NCBI GenBank assembly: GCA_049967475.1
Contig: JBMFSQ010000033.1
Coordinates: forward strand, 1 to 34,824
Length of the DNA: 34,824 bases
Origin: Chthonomonadales bacterium
GTDB lineage: Bacteria; Armatimonadota; Chthonomonadetes; Chthonomonadales; CAJBBX01
Direction: 5' to 3'
In this document: piece after piece, positions 25,301-34,289 of the stretch
How the letters are laid out: every line of letters begins with the position of its first letter
How positions within the stretch are numbered: the first letter of the stretch is position 1
The notes under the pieces: generated by a model
Told to the model about the DNA's origin: nothing
What the model saw: the letters and a program-made list of their open reading frames with translations, nothing else
Databases searched by the model: none
Made by a program: the position numbers and the translations under genes

Positions 25301-27009
25301 GCAGGCGACACGACTACCGCCCTGGTGTCGCGCACGATATCTTCGTTGGGCAGGATCTTGTAGGCATGGATCTCCAATGTCCCTACCATGTCATTGGTAA
25401 GGGGAAGCGAGAATTCCGCCTTGCCGTCCTTGGCCGATTGGGCGGAAGTGAGGATCGTTTGCTTGTTGCGGATCACGTCCAGATAAATGGTGCCGCCTTT
25501 CACGGAGCTCAGCACCGTAAGGTCCAGGCGATCGCCCACCTTTGCAAGGGTCTTGTCGGTCCGAAGGAGCACAGCCTCGCGGGAGGGTGTAACGGAGAAC
25601 TGCTGGACCGCTTTAGCGGTGTGCCCATCTGGCGCCGATGCCGTCACCGTTACCTGGACGCCTGGGCCCGAAGGCACAAAGGAGTAGGTGGCGATGCCTA
25701 GGGCGTCCGTAGTGAGATGGACCGGGTTGGGTTGAGCCGTACTCGTGACCGTGACGGATCCTCCCTTGAGCGGAGCCCCGTCCGGCGTTCCACACGCAAT
25801 ATAGATGCGATTGGGCAGGCCCGGCGCCAGTTCCCGTCGCTCCGGCACCATGACGATCGATATCGGGTCCTTCACAACGGGAACCGTTTTGCTCTGCATC
25901 TGGATGTGATCCGCTGTGTCCTTCACGTGGACCTCGAACTCCGCCACGGCCTTCCCCTGTTCAAAGGGCTGCCCTATGAAGGACGCGGGAAGGGTGTATT
26001 CGAACGTATACGTGCCTGAACCGTCCGTGGTGCCGGTGAGTTCCGCCAGCTTCGTAACCCCAATATCCACCGTGCGCACCGTCACCGTAACCTGTCCGTG
26101 GGACACGGGCTTGCCGAAGAAATAATCGGCCTGAACGGTGCCCTTCACCGTGTCGCCCGGCTGGTAATAGGGCCGATCTGTGGACACCGTCACTTTGAAT
26201 TTGGGCAGAACGTACCGCTCCACCCGTACCTTTTTCTCGGCCCGGCTGTCCGAAAGGATGGCCCGCAGTGTGTAGACGCCCATGTTCACCTCATCGGCGA
26301 GGGTGAAATCCACTGCAGCCACACCGAAACGAGAGAGCGCCTCCTTCTGCTTGAAGACCTTGTTGCCGCGGGCGTCTTCCACCTCAAAGGTGATGGGCTG
26401 ATCCGCCACGGCGCGCCGGTTCGCCACGTCCAGCGCCAGGGCACGCAGATGCATCACTTGGCCAGGCTGGTATACGGGCTTGTCGGAAGTCAGCAGGATC
26501 TGCTCCGCACGCTCCACCCGGATGGGCTGGATAACCTCGTCATTGCCGATGGAGGACTTCACTCCGACGCGCAGATCATAGGCCCCGGGCAGCAACGCAG
26601 GCACGGTGAAGCGGGCATTCAAGGTTCCAAGGGAGCTGGTGTTCCCTGAAAAGAGAGTGACGGGTGCATGGCTCTTGTCCTGAGCCGAAGCCAAGGCGAT
26701 GGTTACTGCAGCCCGCACCGGTCGGCCCGTATCATGGTTCATCACGATTACGCGCAGGGCAGCAGGCCCGCCTCGAAGCCATCGCGACTGACCCAGAACT
26801 TGCGTTTCGATTGGAGGCAGGTTGAAGCCGTTTTCGCTCATCCGAGGTCCTTTCGCCTGCCGCAACTGCTGGGCTGCAGCGATGAGCCCTCCGAGTGCGC
26901 AGAGGATCATACCGGCGCACACGGCGCGGGCGTACTTGGGCATCCTTCGTTTACGACTATATACTCGTTTGGGTCCCTCAGATCCGGTAGGCAGGGTGCT
27001 CGACATCAT
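22345..27009 (-). CDS. Bacterial alpha-2-macroglobulin family protein with thioester motif
   Basis: MG domains (TSDKPVYQPG, ERYVLPKF, TDKPEYRPG, LAVVDESV), bait region followed by VRQYFPETMYW, ADSITTWR, FFVDLDLPVSL; thioester MPFGCFEQ (GCFEQ at 23779-23793); start 27009 (RBS AAGGGAG) or 26943. Confidence 0.95.
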   Translation of the reverse strand: MMSSTLPTGSEGPKRVYSRKRRMPKYARAVCAGMILCALGGLIAAAQQLRQAKGPRMSENGFNLPPIETQVLGQSRWLRGGPAALRVIVMNHDTGRPVRAAVTIALASAQDKSHAPVTLFSGNTSSLGTLNARFTVPALLPGAYDLRVGVKSSIGNDEVIQPIRVERAEQILLTSDKPVYQPGQVMHLRALALDVANRRAVADQPITFEVEDARGNKVFKQKEALSRFGVAAVDFTLADEVNMGVYTLRAILSDSRAEKKVRVERYVLPKFKVTVSTDRPYYQPGDTVKGTVQADYFFGKPVSHGQVTVTVRTVDIGVTKLAELTGTTDGSGTYTFEYTLPASFIGQPFEQGKAVAEFEVHVKDTADHIQMQSKTVPVVKDPISIVMVPERRELAPGLPNRIYIACGTPDGAPLKGGSVTVTSTAQPNPVHLTTDALGIATYSFVPSGPGVQVTVTASAPDGHTAKAVQQFSVTPSREAVLLRTDKTLAKVGDRLDLTVLSSVKGGTIYLDVIRNKQTILTSAQSAKDGKAEFSLPLTNDMVGTLEIHAYKILPNEDIVRDTRAVVVSPAEDLKIRVVTDKPEYRPGAEALLQFAVTDPANQPVQAAIGLAVVDESVFALSELQPGLEKVYFTLERELMEPRYEIHGLKPTDLVLHPREQGATEAERQRAAALLLASLPAGPEFDYRIDTYQQRWDAVRSRVEEVMAKAYQRIRNAAQKFRADTGAPLTERQGIQTLVDRGYLTERDTRDPWNYPYRITLHGRGDFDSWFEITTAGPDGRFGTADDITWSPYVSRAVLLDRARGGFGGRFLAEEGVPGPMLMKAMAAGAEFRGAMGAAPALANGAPGAAPAPEPRVRQYFPETMYWNPAIITDERGRAEVRVPVADSITTWRMSMLANSALGQLGSATAPLKVFQDFFVDLDLPVSLTQNDRVEIPVAVYNYLPSEQDVTLTLEEQPWFRLEGEARRTLHIAKNEVRVIHFPITVVALGRHTLKVTARGSRLSDAVLRSIEVTPDGKEMRSAVNDRLEGKVRKTVVFPANAIAGASGLWVKLYPGPFSQVVEGLDGLLRMPFGCFEQTSSVTYPNVLVTDYLKATKRINPELQMKAEGFINIGYQRLVTFEVKGGGFSWFGEAPANQILTAYGLLEFSDMARVHDVDPALISRTQRWLAGRQKPDGTWPPDQGGIAEGIINRQTNALRSAAYIAWALAESGYKGPEVAKAVEYVKTNRGEAKDAYTLALILNLLTKTERDSAFTDGVAQQLIGMAKQTEKTAWWEGEERTFTGATRASADMETTGLAAYGLAKWGRNAGFVNKVLTYLVQSKDSFGTWSTTQGTVWAMKALLYASTQGAGGVKGTVTVWANGVKVTSFQITPENNDVMRQIDLKDQMKGDRNEIELAFEGEGSLLYQIASRYYIPWKDSAERPEGKGPLSIEVAYDKTTLAQDDTARVTVRVHNNTNRIAEMPLIDLGVPPGFDVLVEDLETAVRQKTINKYTLAQRQIIVYLEKLDPGATLELHYAVKAKYPIRAKTPLSKAYPYYNPEEASVSPPQMLVVRK

Positions 27010-27095
27010 TGTGGTTCACTCCCTTAACAGGCCGGGCGTGTCCGGCGCTTCTATCCCGTTTGTTGTGCCTAGGCGCCAAAAGGTTCACGCACGCC

Positions 27096-27965
27096 CTACG
27101 CCCTCAGTGCGCCCGAGGTAACGCCCTGAACAAAGGCCTTCATCCCTACCGCAAACAAAAGGATAAGCGGAATGCTGCCGATCACATACCCTGCAAGGGT
27201 GGGACCATACTGCAGATCGAATTGTCCGGAAAAGCGGGTGACGCCGACTGTGAAGGTCTGCAGAGCATCATCCCCGATCGTTACCAGCGGCCAGATGTAA
27301 TCGTTATAGATGCCCAGCATTGTCATCATGGCCACAGTGGCCAGAATGGGCAGGGAAAGCGGCAAAGCCAGGTGCCTGTAGATCTGGCCTTCCCCTGCAC
27401 CATCGAGCCTCATGGCCTCGAAAAGCTCTTCGGGCAATCCGGAGAAGAACGTGCGGCAAAGCACAATCCCCAACACCTCACCCCCCGCAACGTACGGCAG
27501 GATGAGCGCCCAGCGCGTGTTGAGCAAGCCCATCTGCTGCACGAGGGCATACGTGGGAATTAGGGTAAGGATGCCCGGCACCATGAGCAGCGCGAGCACC
27601 AACATGAACACGAGGTCGCGGCCGGGGAAGTGGAGGCGAGCCAAGGCGTAACCTGCCAGCGAGGAGAGCAGAACCACGGCAGGCACGGCGATGGCCAATA
27701 CGACACCCGTGTTGAGCAGGTACCGCCAGAGCGCCTTGGCTGCCACCGCATAAAACTCCCACTTGGGAGGGGCAGGGAGCGACCAGAACCGCGTAAAAAT
27801 GTCGGCGTTGGTCTTGAGCGAGAGGAACACCATCATGGCAAGCGGCACGAGGGAAAGAAGCAAGAGGGGCACGAGCACTGCGAGGATCACCCAATCCCGC
27901 GGGTGCAGCCCCAACCGGCGCCGCCCACCGTGGCGAGGAGCTCCCTGTAACGGATGCGGCATCAT
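27096..27965 (-). CDS. Carbohydrate ABC transporter permease (MalG/UgpE-like)
   Basis: LAGYALARLHFPGR, LMVPG, LPEELFEAMRLDGA (EAA loop), YNDYIWPL; ATG 27965 overlaps the upstream stop (ATGA). Confidence 0.93.
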   Translation of the reverse strand: MMPHPLQGAPRHGGRRRLGLHPRDWVILAVLVPLLLLSLVPLAMMVFLSLKTNADIFTRFWSLPAPPKWEFYAVAAKALWRYLLNTGVVLAIAVPAVVLLSSLAGYALARLHFPGRDLVFMLVLALLMVPGILTLIPTYALVQQMGLLNTRWALILPYVAGGEVLGIVLCRTFFSGLPEELFEAMRLDGAGEGQIYRHLALPLSLPILATVAMMTMLGIYNDYIWPLVTIGDDALQTFTVGVTRFSGQFDLQYGPTLAGYVIGSIPLILLFAVGMKAFVQGVTSGALRA

Positions 27966-28849
27966 CCTGCTTCCCTCCTTCCCCACCGCTGATTGAGAAC
28001 GGCTAGGGTAAAAATCACCACAAAGAGGCTGAAGCCTATTGCAGCGGCATAGCCCATGTGGCCGAACCGGAAGGCTTCGAAGTACATGTGCAATGCAGGC
28101 ACATGGGTAGCAAGCCCGGGTCCCCCTGCTGTAAGAATGAGGATGCTCCCGAAATCCTGGAGCGTCCCGATGACGGTAAGGGTGATGAGGAGGCGCACCT
28201 GGGGGCGGAGGAGGGGCAGATCCAGCAGGAGAACGCGCCTCCATCCCGTGGCTCCGTCCAGGGCGCCCGAATCCCATACGTCCGCCGAAAGACCCGTAAG
28301 GCCCGCCAGATAGATCAGCAGGGCAAGCCCGCCACACCAAGGGAAACCCACGAACGCGATAGCGGGCAGAGCGGTGTGGGCGTCTCCCAGCCAGGATCGC
28401 GTGAGGTTCCCCAGCCCACAAGCCTGCAATCCTTCGTTGAGCAGCCCCACGCTCCCGTCGTAGATGAAGGCCCAAAGGAGCGTTGTGACCATGCCCGGTA
28501 CCACCATAGGCACAATGAAGGCCGTCCTGAGAAACTGCTGCCACCTGGGAGAACGAAGGGACGTCAGAAGTTCTGCTACGATCAAGGGCATCGTGAGCGT
28601 CTTCAGCACATTCGCCAAAAGAAGGAGCATCTGGTTGCCTACGCTGATGCGCAGGAAGTCATCATGGGCCATGGCGATGAAGTTGCCCAGCCCAATCCAA
28701 CGAGGCGCCTCGCCGGTTTCCCATCGGGTGAAGCCGCGGTAGAGCCCAATGGCCGCAGGGGCGTAGTTGAACAAGGAAAGGAGTGCCACCGAGGGAAGCA
28801 GCATTCCGGCCACGAGGATGAGAGAGGATCGCCTTCTCCGCTTGCTCAT
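27962..28849 (-). CDS. Carbohydrate ABC transporter permease (MalF/UgpA-like)
   Basis: WIGLGNF, RTAFIVPMVVP, GLLN, IYLAGLTGL..DSGALDGA, LTAGGPG, GYAAAI. Confidence 0.93.
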   Translation of the reverse strand: MSKRRRRSSLILVAGMLLPSVALLSLFNYAPAAIGLYRGFTRWETGEAPRWIGLGNFIAMAHDDFLRISVGNQMLLLLANVLKTLTMPLIVAELLTSLRSPRWQQFLRTAFIVPMVVPGMVTTLLWAFIYDGSVGLLNEGLQACGLGNLTRSWLGDAHTALPAIAFVGFPWCGGLALLIYLAGLTGLSADVWDSGALDGATGWRRVLLLDLPLLRPQVRLLITLTVIGTLQDFGSILILTAGGPGLATHVPALHMYFEAFRFGHMGYAAAIGFSLFVVIFTLAVLNQRWGRREAG

Positions 28850-30357
28850 GGATGCAGATCCTTCGTGCGGGGGTCCATATCCAAGTGTTGCATGGCGATG
28901 ATGCGGGGAACGGCATCCAGGAGCGTGCGCTCATAGCGTTTGAGGAACTCCGGAAGGCTGATCAAATCTTCCATGTACCGCTGCGCCCATACGGTCCACT
29001 CCCAGATGGATTGCTGTTCGTCGAGCAGTCCCCTGAATGAGAGCTTTTCGAAGCCTCGGTTCTCAAAGGGCCGAAAGTATCGGGCCAATTCCTCGGGTAG
29101 GCTCGCGCCGGGAATGAGCATCGGCCCGTTGAGCGGCTTGTGATGGCGGTAGGCTTGGTCCACCAGGATGCGGGCAGCTCTTGGGGTCGTAAGGAACATG
29201 AGGAAATCCACGGCCAGCCGCACCTGCGCGGGGTCCTTTTTCACGACGCCGAAAACGGTGCCGGGTCCACCCACCCCGCGGAAAGGCGGGATGCGGTAGG
29301 CCGAAGTGGTCATGGGGGGCACAGGGAAGATAGCCCACCGGAAGCGGTAACGCGGAGGTAAATCGCCCATATCCCTCAGAAGCTGAGACACCAGCGCCGA
29401 TGTTTCTAGCAGAATGGCGGCACGGCGTGTGAGGAAAAGGTTGTAGGCTGTTTGACTGGAGGCGCCATTGAAACCCCGCTGCCAATACCGAGCGAACTCG
29501 CGGATGTGCGTGTACGCTTCCGCGAAACGGCCGTTGTCCACGCCGATCACCCGGTCCCGAACGGCTGCCAGGATGCGTTCTGTGTTCAGCACCACATAGG
29601 CGTCGTTGTAAGGATCCTTCAGATCGAGCCGGAAGTGGCCGTTGCGGCGGGCATCGTAGTTCCAGTCGCCCGGACGGGCCATCACCAGCGGCACCCAGGG
29701 GCGGGTATAGGCGTCGCTGAAGAAGCGGGCGATCCATCCTACGGTTCCGCTCCAATACGAGTCCGCGTTACCCGGTACGGCGAAGGCGACGATGCCCGCC
29801 CGTTGGATGCGGGCGGCTGCAGCCATCATCTCCTCCCAAGTTGCCGGCGCACGTAGGCCCAATCTTTGGAAGAGGTCGGCATTGTAGTAGAAGCCAACCT
29901 CGATGAAGTCCAAAGGAATGAAGCTCACGTCGCCCCCGGTCTTGAAGCGTTCCAGGAACTGGGCATTGAGCGTGCGGATCCACGGGAGCCCGGTATGAGG
30001 GTTGCGTGCATCCAGGTAGGGTGAAAGGTTCACCATAAGGCCACGCTCGTACATTCCCCAGGCATAGTTGGCATTGAAGAGGTCGGGAGCATTTGCGCCG
30101 CCTGCAGGGATTTGAGTGCGCAGCCATGTTTCGTACCCGTTCACCGGCATGATCTGGATCTTTACGCGCACGGCGCGCGTGTGGGCCTCATACTCGCGAG
30201 CAAGCTGTTCCAGTCCCTCTTGGTAGCCCGCGCTCACCGTAGCGACCACCACCGTCCTGCCCGGAGGGTCTGCGCCGGCCTTCGCAGAGCAAACCGCGGC
30301 GGTGCATCCACCGACCAACAGCTTCCTCCGCGTAATCCCTGCGCGCTTCGACGGCAT
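28846..30357 (-). CDS. Sugar ABC transporter extracellular solute-binding protein with Tat-like signal
   Basis: Start MPSKRAGITRRKLL at 30357; APDLF, FYYNADLFQRLG..PATWEE, AVDFLMFLT; the longer ORF to 30588 would overlap the divergent esterase. Confidence 0.88.
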   Translation of the reverse strand: MPSKRAGITRRKLLVGGCTAAVCSAKAGADPPGRTVVVATVSAGYQEGLEQLAREYEAHTRAVRVKIQIMPVNGYETWLRTQIPAGGANAPDLFNANYAWGMYERGLMVNLSPYLDARNPHTGLPWIRTLNAQFLERFKTGGDVSFIPLDFIEVGFYYNADLFQRLGLRAPATWEEMMAAAARIQRAGIVAFAVPGNADSYWSGTVGWIARFFSDAYTRPWVPLVMARPGDWNYDARRNGHFRLDLKDPYNDAYVVLNTERILAAVRDRVIGVDNGRFAEAYTHIREFARYWQRGFNGASSQTAYNLFLTRRAAILLETSALVSQLLRDMGDLPPRYRFRWAIFPVPPMTTSAYRIPPFRGVGGPGTVFGVVKKDPAQVRLAVDFLMFLTTPRAARILVDQAYRHHKPLNGPMLIPGASLPEELARYFRPFENRGFEKLSFRGLLDEQQSIWEWTVWAQRYMEDLISLPEFLKRYERTLLDAVPRIIAMQHLDMDPRTKDLHP

Positions 30358-30475
30358 GGGGCCTGTGCTTTCTCCCTTAGTTCCAGACCCGCCCTCCGGT
30401 GCCGCCTGGGGATAGGAATCGGCCGCTTCCGGGGCGAAACTCCCGACGACACGATTTTTAACAATGGAGGATCTC

Positions 30476-31435
30476 ATGCCCATTCTGGATATGCCCCTAA
30501 GCGAGCTCCGCACGTACTCCGGAACCAATCCCCGGCCTCCCGACATGGAGGAATATTGGGACCGGGCTCTCAGCGAGATGCGCGCCACGGACCCGAAGGT
30601 TGAGCTCGTTCCGCACCCGTTCCCTGCACCCTACGCCGAGTGCTTTGACCTTTTCTATACGGGTGTAGGCGGCGCCCGCATCCATGCGAAGTACCTGAGG
30701 CCCAAAAGCGCCCAGCAACCGCATCCCGCTGTGCTTCAATTTCACGGTTACTCCGGGAACAGCGGCGAGTGGAACGACAAGCTGAGTTGGGTTGCTGCGG
30801 GCTTCAGCGTCGCCGCTATGGACTGCCGCGGCCAGGGCGGCCTCTCGGAAGATCCCGGCGGCGTCCGAGGAAACACCCTCCGCGGACACATCATCCGCGG
30901 TCTGGACGATGCCCCCGAGAAGCTCCTGTTCCGGCAGATCTTTCTGGATTGCGCTCAACTCGCCTCCATTGTTTTCTCCATGCCGGAAGTGGATCCTGAT
31001 CGCGTGGGCGCTATGGGGGGAAGTCAGGGCGGCGGCCTTACTCTAGCATGCGCCGCACTGGAGCCCCGCATCCGCAAGGCCGCGCCTATGTTCCCCTTCC
31101 TCTGTGATTATAAGCGCGTTTGGGACCTGGATCTGGATCAGAAGGCTTACGAGGAGTTGAGGGCATACTTTCGCCTCTTCGATCCCACGCACCAGCGCGA
31201 GGACGAGATCTTCACCCGCCTGGGATATATAGACAACCAGCACCTAGCCCACCGCATCCGTGCCGACGTGCTCTTCTTCACCGCTCTTCTGGACGATGTA
31301 TGCCCGCCCTCTACCCAATTCGCCGTCTATAACAAGCTTACGTGCACCAAGCGGATGGTGCTCTACCCCGATTTCGGCCACGAGGGATTACCAGGCGCGG
31401 GAGATCTCATTTACGAATTCATGATGGGCCTGTAG
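30476..31435 (+). CDS. Acetyl xylan esterase / cephalosporin-C deacetylase (CE7)
   Basis: RBS GGAGG; FHGYSG, DCRGQ, GGSQGGG nucleophile elbow, DDVCPPSTQFA, GHE; no signal peptide. Confidence 0.95.
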   Translation: MPILDMPLSELRTYSGTNPRPPDMEEYWDRALSEMRATDPKVELVPHPFPAPYAECFDLFYTGVGGARIHAKYLRPKSAQQPHPAVLQFHGYSGNSGEWNDKLSWVAAGFSVAAMDCRGQGGLSEDPGGVRGNTLRGHIIRGLDDAPEKLLFRQIFLDCAQLASIVFSMPEVDPDRVGAMGGSQGGGLTLACAALEPRIRKAAPMFPFLCDYKRVWDLDLDQKAYEELRAYFRLFDPTHQREDEIFTRLGYIDNQHLAHRIRADVLFFTALLDDVCPPSTQFAVYNKLTCTKRMVLYPDFGHEGLPGAGDLIYEFMMGL

Positions 31436-31438
31436 CCG

Positions 31439-33292
31439 TCAATTACCGTGGTCGGCTGCGCCTTCAAGCTCCCGAAGGCGCGCTTCGAGGGCGCGAGTGC
31501 TCTCGTGGAGACCACCCTCGCGGTTGCGCGCCATCCACAGGCGGCGGTGCTCGCCCAAGATCGCACGCAACCGGGCAGAAAGCTCGGCGGCACCTTCAGC
31601 GGCTACACCGAGTTTGTACCGGTAGAGGCTGCACGCCATCAGAGCCATTGCCGCGGCGTTGCGCAGCTCATCGGCCACTATTTGGGCGTCGGGTATGCGC
31701 ATGCGGGCGCAGCCTAGGCGGTCCAGCGCACCGCTGATGGACGCGGCTGCTTTTTCCACGCCTTCTGCGGTGACACCCTCCGGAGGCGGCGCGTCCAGCG
31801 GATGCACCAACGGATGAAACAGTGGGGATGCGTTTTCCATCGGCATGTTCATAGCCTGGTACGCATTGCCGAGGTTCAGAACCACTTCTCCCATAACGAG
31901 GGCAGCATCCTCAAAGGCGTGCATGGCCAGCGCCATGGAAAGATCCGTGCGCTCCGCCCCAGCCGCATTCCAAGCGTATTGGGCCGCTGCAGCGAAGCCG
32001 GGATAGCTCACAGGCTGGTATTGCAGATGACCGTTGTCGCCCCAATCCGTAACCAAGAGGCCGGAAGCGCCGTTCGCAATGCCGTTGCGGGCGGCATTCT
32101 CGATGTTGGCTAGGGCATTGGCGGCGCGGCCCAGGATGCTGTTCCAGCTTGACGTACCGGGGCAAACGTAGAAGCCCACTCCTGCGTCGGCGAAGAGTTG
32201 GGCATCCTTCTCGAAGGGATGGCCGGCTTCGTAGCCCCATTCCAGGGCGACGACATCTTTCGGCAGGTCTCGGATGAGATCCGGGCGGTGAAGGATGATG
32301 TCGCCCCAGAACTGCATGGTTCTCCCATAGCGCTGCACCAGCCGGTAGATGCTAAGCACAAAATCCAAATATACGCGTTCCCTTCCGCGAGCCCGGCACT
32401 CGGCTGCGCTGCGACCCTGTCCCAAATCCCATGTTTCGTCGCAGCCCACATTGAACTTCTGGCTGGTAAAGTGGGGCAGAAGCTCGTCATATAGGCTTTC
32501 GAGGAGTTGGAGGCTTCCCGGATCTATCGGGCAAAGGCTGAAGGGATGCTCCATGCGCCCGCCCCATGGAAGGTCAAAGCCTTCGGGGGCTTCGGCAAGA
32601 GGGCGGTAGCGCGGAAGCCTCAGCCACCGTTCCATATGGCCAAAGGAATTCTGGTTGGGCACCAGCTCAACGAAGCGGCGCCTGCACCAGGCGTCGAGAT
32701 GGAGGATCTCTTCGCCGGTGATGGGGCTCGCCTCGGCCCACACCTCGGGGTGACCTCGATAGGCGAAGGTATGCTCCGTGTAAAGCTGGATCTGGTTGAT
32801 CTTCCATTCGGCCAGGCGATCAACCAGACACTCGAGTGTGGCCAGGGTTGGGACCTTGCTGCGGCTGATGTCCAGCATCACTCCGCGATTGGGAAAGTCC
32901 GGCCAATCCTCGATGCGCAGAGCCGGCAGTTCGAGAGTGTGCTGTCTGAGGATCTGCTTCAGCGTCATGGCCCCGTAGAAGGCGCCTGCCGCATCGGCGG
33001 CCTCGATGGTTACCGATGCGGGCTGAACTGTAAGCACATAGCCTTCCGCGCGCCCGAGACGGGTGTCCAGGCGCAGATAGAGTGCCGTTCCGGAGGCCGG
33101 CCCGCCTGCTGCAATGTGCCAGCGACGGCCGCTGGAGGCACCCACGGCATCCCGGATCGCCCTGGCTGCGGGCAAAAGATCCTGGACCGCACCCTCGATG
33201 CGGATGAAGGCGTGGTCGGGAAGGCGGAATGTACCCGCGAGAGGTTCAACGGATTTTGGGGCGGGGAGCAGAACTAGTCCGGAGCGCGTCAT
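31439..33292 (-). CDS. Glycoside hydrolase family 20 (beta-N-acetylhexosaminidase-like)
   Basis: RBS AGGAGGAG, ATG 33292; LLPAPK, EGYVL, IEDWPDFPNRGVMLDISR, NSFGH, NVGCDE catalytic pair, TDWGDNGH; no signal peptide. Confidence 0.93.
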   Translation of the reverse strand: MTRSGLVLLPAPKSVEPLAGTFRLPDHAFIRIEGAVQDLLPAARAIRDAVGASSGRRWHIAAGGPASGTALYLRLDTRLGRAEGYVLTVQPASVTIEAADAAGAFYGAMTLKQILRQHTLELPALRIEDWPDFPNRGVMLDISRSKVPTLATLECLVDRLAEWKINQIQLYTEHTFAYRGHPEVWAEASPITGEEILHLDAWCRRRFVELVPNQNSFGHMERWLRLPRYRPLAEAPEGFDLPWGGRMEHPFSLCPIDPGSLQLLESLYDELLPHFTSQKFNVGCDETWDLGQGRSAAECRARGRERVYLDFVLSIYRLVQRYGRTMQFWGDIILHRPDLIRDLPKDVVALEWGYEAGHPFEKDAQLFADAGVGFYVCPGTSSWNSILGRAANALANIENAARNGIANGASGLLVTDWGDNGHLQYQPVSYPGFAAAAQYAWNAAGAERTDLSMALAMHAFEDAALVMGEVVLNLGNAYQAMNMPMENASPLFHPLVHPLDAPPPEGVTAEGVEKAAASISGALDRLGCARMRIPDAQIVADELRNAAAMALMACSLYRYKLGVAAEGAAELSARLRAILGEHRRLWMARNREGGLHESTRALEARLRELEGAADHGN

Positions 33293-34208
33293 GGTCTCCT
33301 CCTTCGGCAGATGCGGCGATGGACGCATGCTGCGCGTCGCGTCGGTGCTTCCAGGCACGCACGTAGTCTATCCGATAAGTGGAGGGCAGGTCCGCATCTT
33401 GCGGCAGGCCGAACCAATCGGGCATGGTCTCGCTGTCGAAATTCATGGTTAGGGGTTGATGCCAATGCGTGTTGGGCCCGCGCCGCACAAGAACGCCGTC
33501 CACGTAGAACTTCAGCTCCCGCTCGTCCCACTCCAATCCGTACACATGGAAATCCGCGTCCAGATCCCACGGGGCGATCCAAGCATCGCCGATCTGGAAG
33601 TGCTCTTTGATTTGGGGAGTGTGGAAAACGTGGACCGTAATGTGGTCCTTGCGCTCGAAGCCCTTGGCGCGCCCTCCGATCTCGAAGACGTCAATCTCGG
33701 TCCACTCCTCGGGATCGGCTTTATAGAACCAAAACGCGCTGGACCCAGCGGAAGGCATGGGCTTGGCTCGAACTTCGAAGTACCCGTACAGCACGGTTCC
33801 ACGGCTCTGCACTGCGGCGGAGGAATAGGTGTGGTATCCCTCGCGGCGCAGATCCTCCGGCGCGTCCTGCTTGCGCATCGTGAGGTTGAGGCACCCTCCG
33901 GCCACGGTTACGTTGGCTGGGTTGAACCATGCGGGCTGGCGGCCTTTCCAAGTAGGGTTCGTGGGGAACCATTTGGCACCGTCGAGCTTCGTTCCGTTGA
34001 ACTCATCGGTCATGGGAGCGTACGGTACCCAATCTCCACGATTGCTTTGGTCGGAGAGGGGATAACGGGCCGTGCGGGGTCTTATTGGCCGGAACGGGCC
34101 GGATTGGAACGTTTGCCACTGTTGGGCCAGACCGGGAGGCGCCTGCGCGCAAGCGCCCAGGGAGGCCAGCATGAGGATCGCGACCAAGGAAAGAGGAACG
34201 GCATGCAT
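33246..34208 (-). CDS. Glycoside hydrolase family 16 (agarase/porphyranase-like branch), secreted
   Basis: RBS AGGAGG; signal peptide; TDEFNG, YGYFEVR, SSAFW, EIDVFE catalytic motif, FHVYGLEW, IDYVRAW. Confidence 0.93.
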   Translation of the reverse strand: MHAVPLSLVAILMLASLGACAQAPPGLAQQWQTFQSGPFRPIRPRTARYPLSDQSNRGDWVPYAPMTDEFNGTKLDGAKWFPTNPTWKGRQPAWFNPANVTVAGGCLNLTMRKQDAPEDLRREGYHTYSSAAVQSRGTVLYGYFEVRAKPMPSAGSSAFWFYKADPEEWTEIDVFEIGGRAKGFERKDHITVHVFHTPQIKEHFQIGDAWIAPWDLDADFHVYGLEWDERELKFYVDGVLVRRGPNTHWHQPLTMNFDSETMPDWFGLPQDADLPSTYRIDYVRAWKHRRDAQHASIAASAEGGDHDALRTSSAPRPKIR

Positions 34209-34289
34209 GGAGCACCTCCTCGCTCTTTAGGTTCCACCCTCCTCTACGGGATCCCTGCGCCCGAGGCCGCACCTGGCGGGATTTTCGCC

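Noticed and set aside
27966..28544. Apparent 482-aa permease or frameshift fusion of the two permeases
   Set aside because: The upstream extension is an alternative frame of the first permease; a normal ATGA-coupled start exists at 27965
30358..30588. N-terminal extension of the solute-binding protein overlapping the esterase
   Set aside because: The Tat-like signal begins at 30357, and the extension would overlap a divergent real gene
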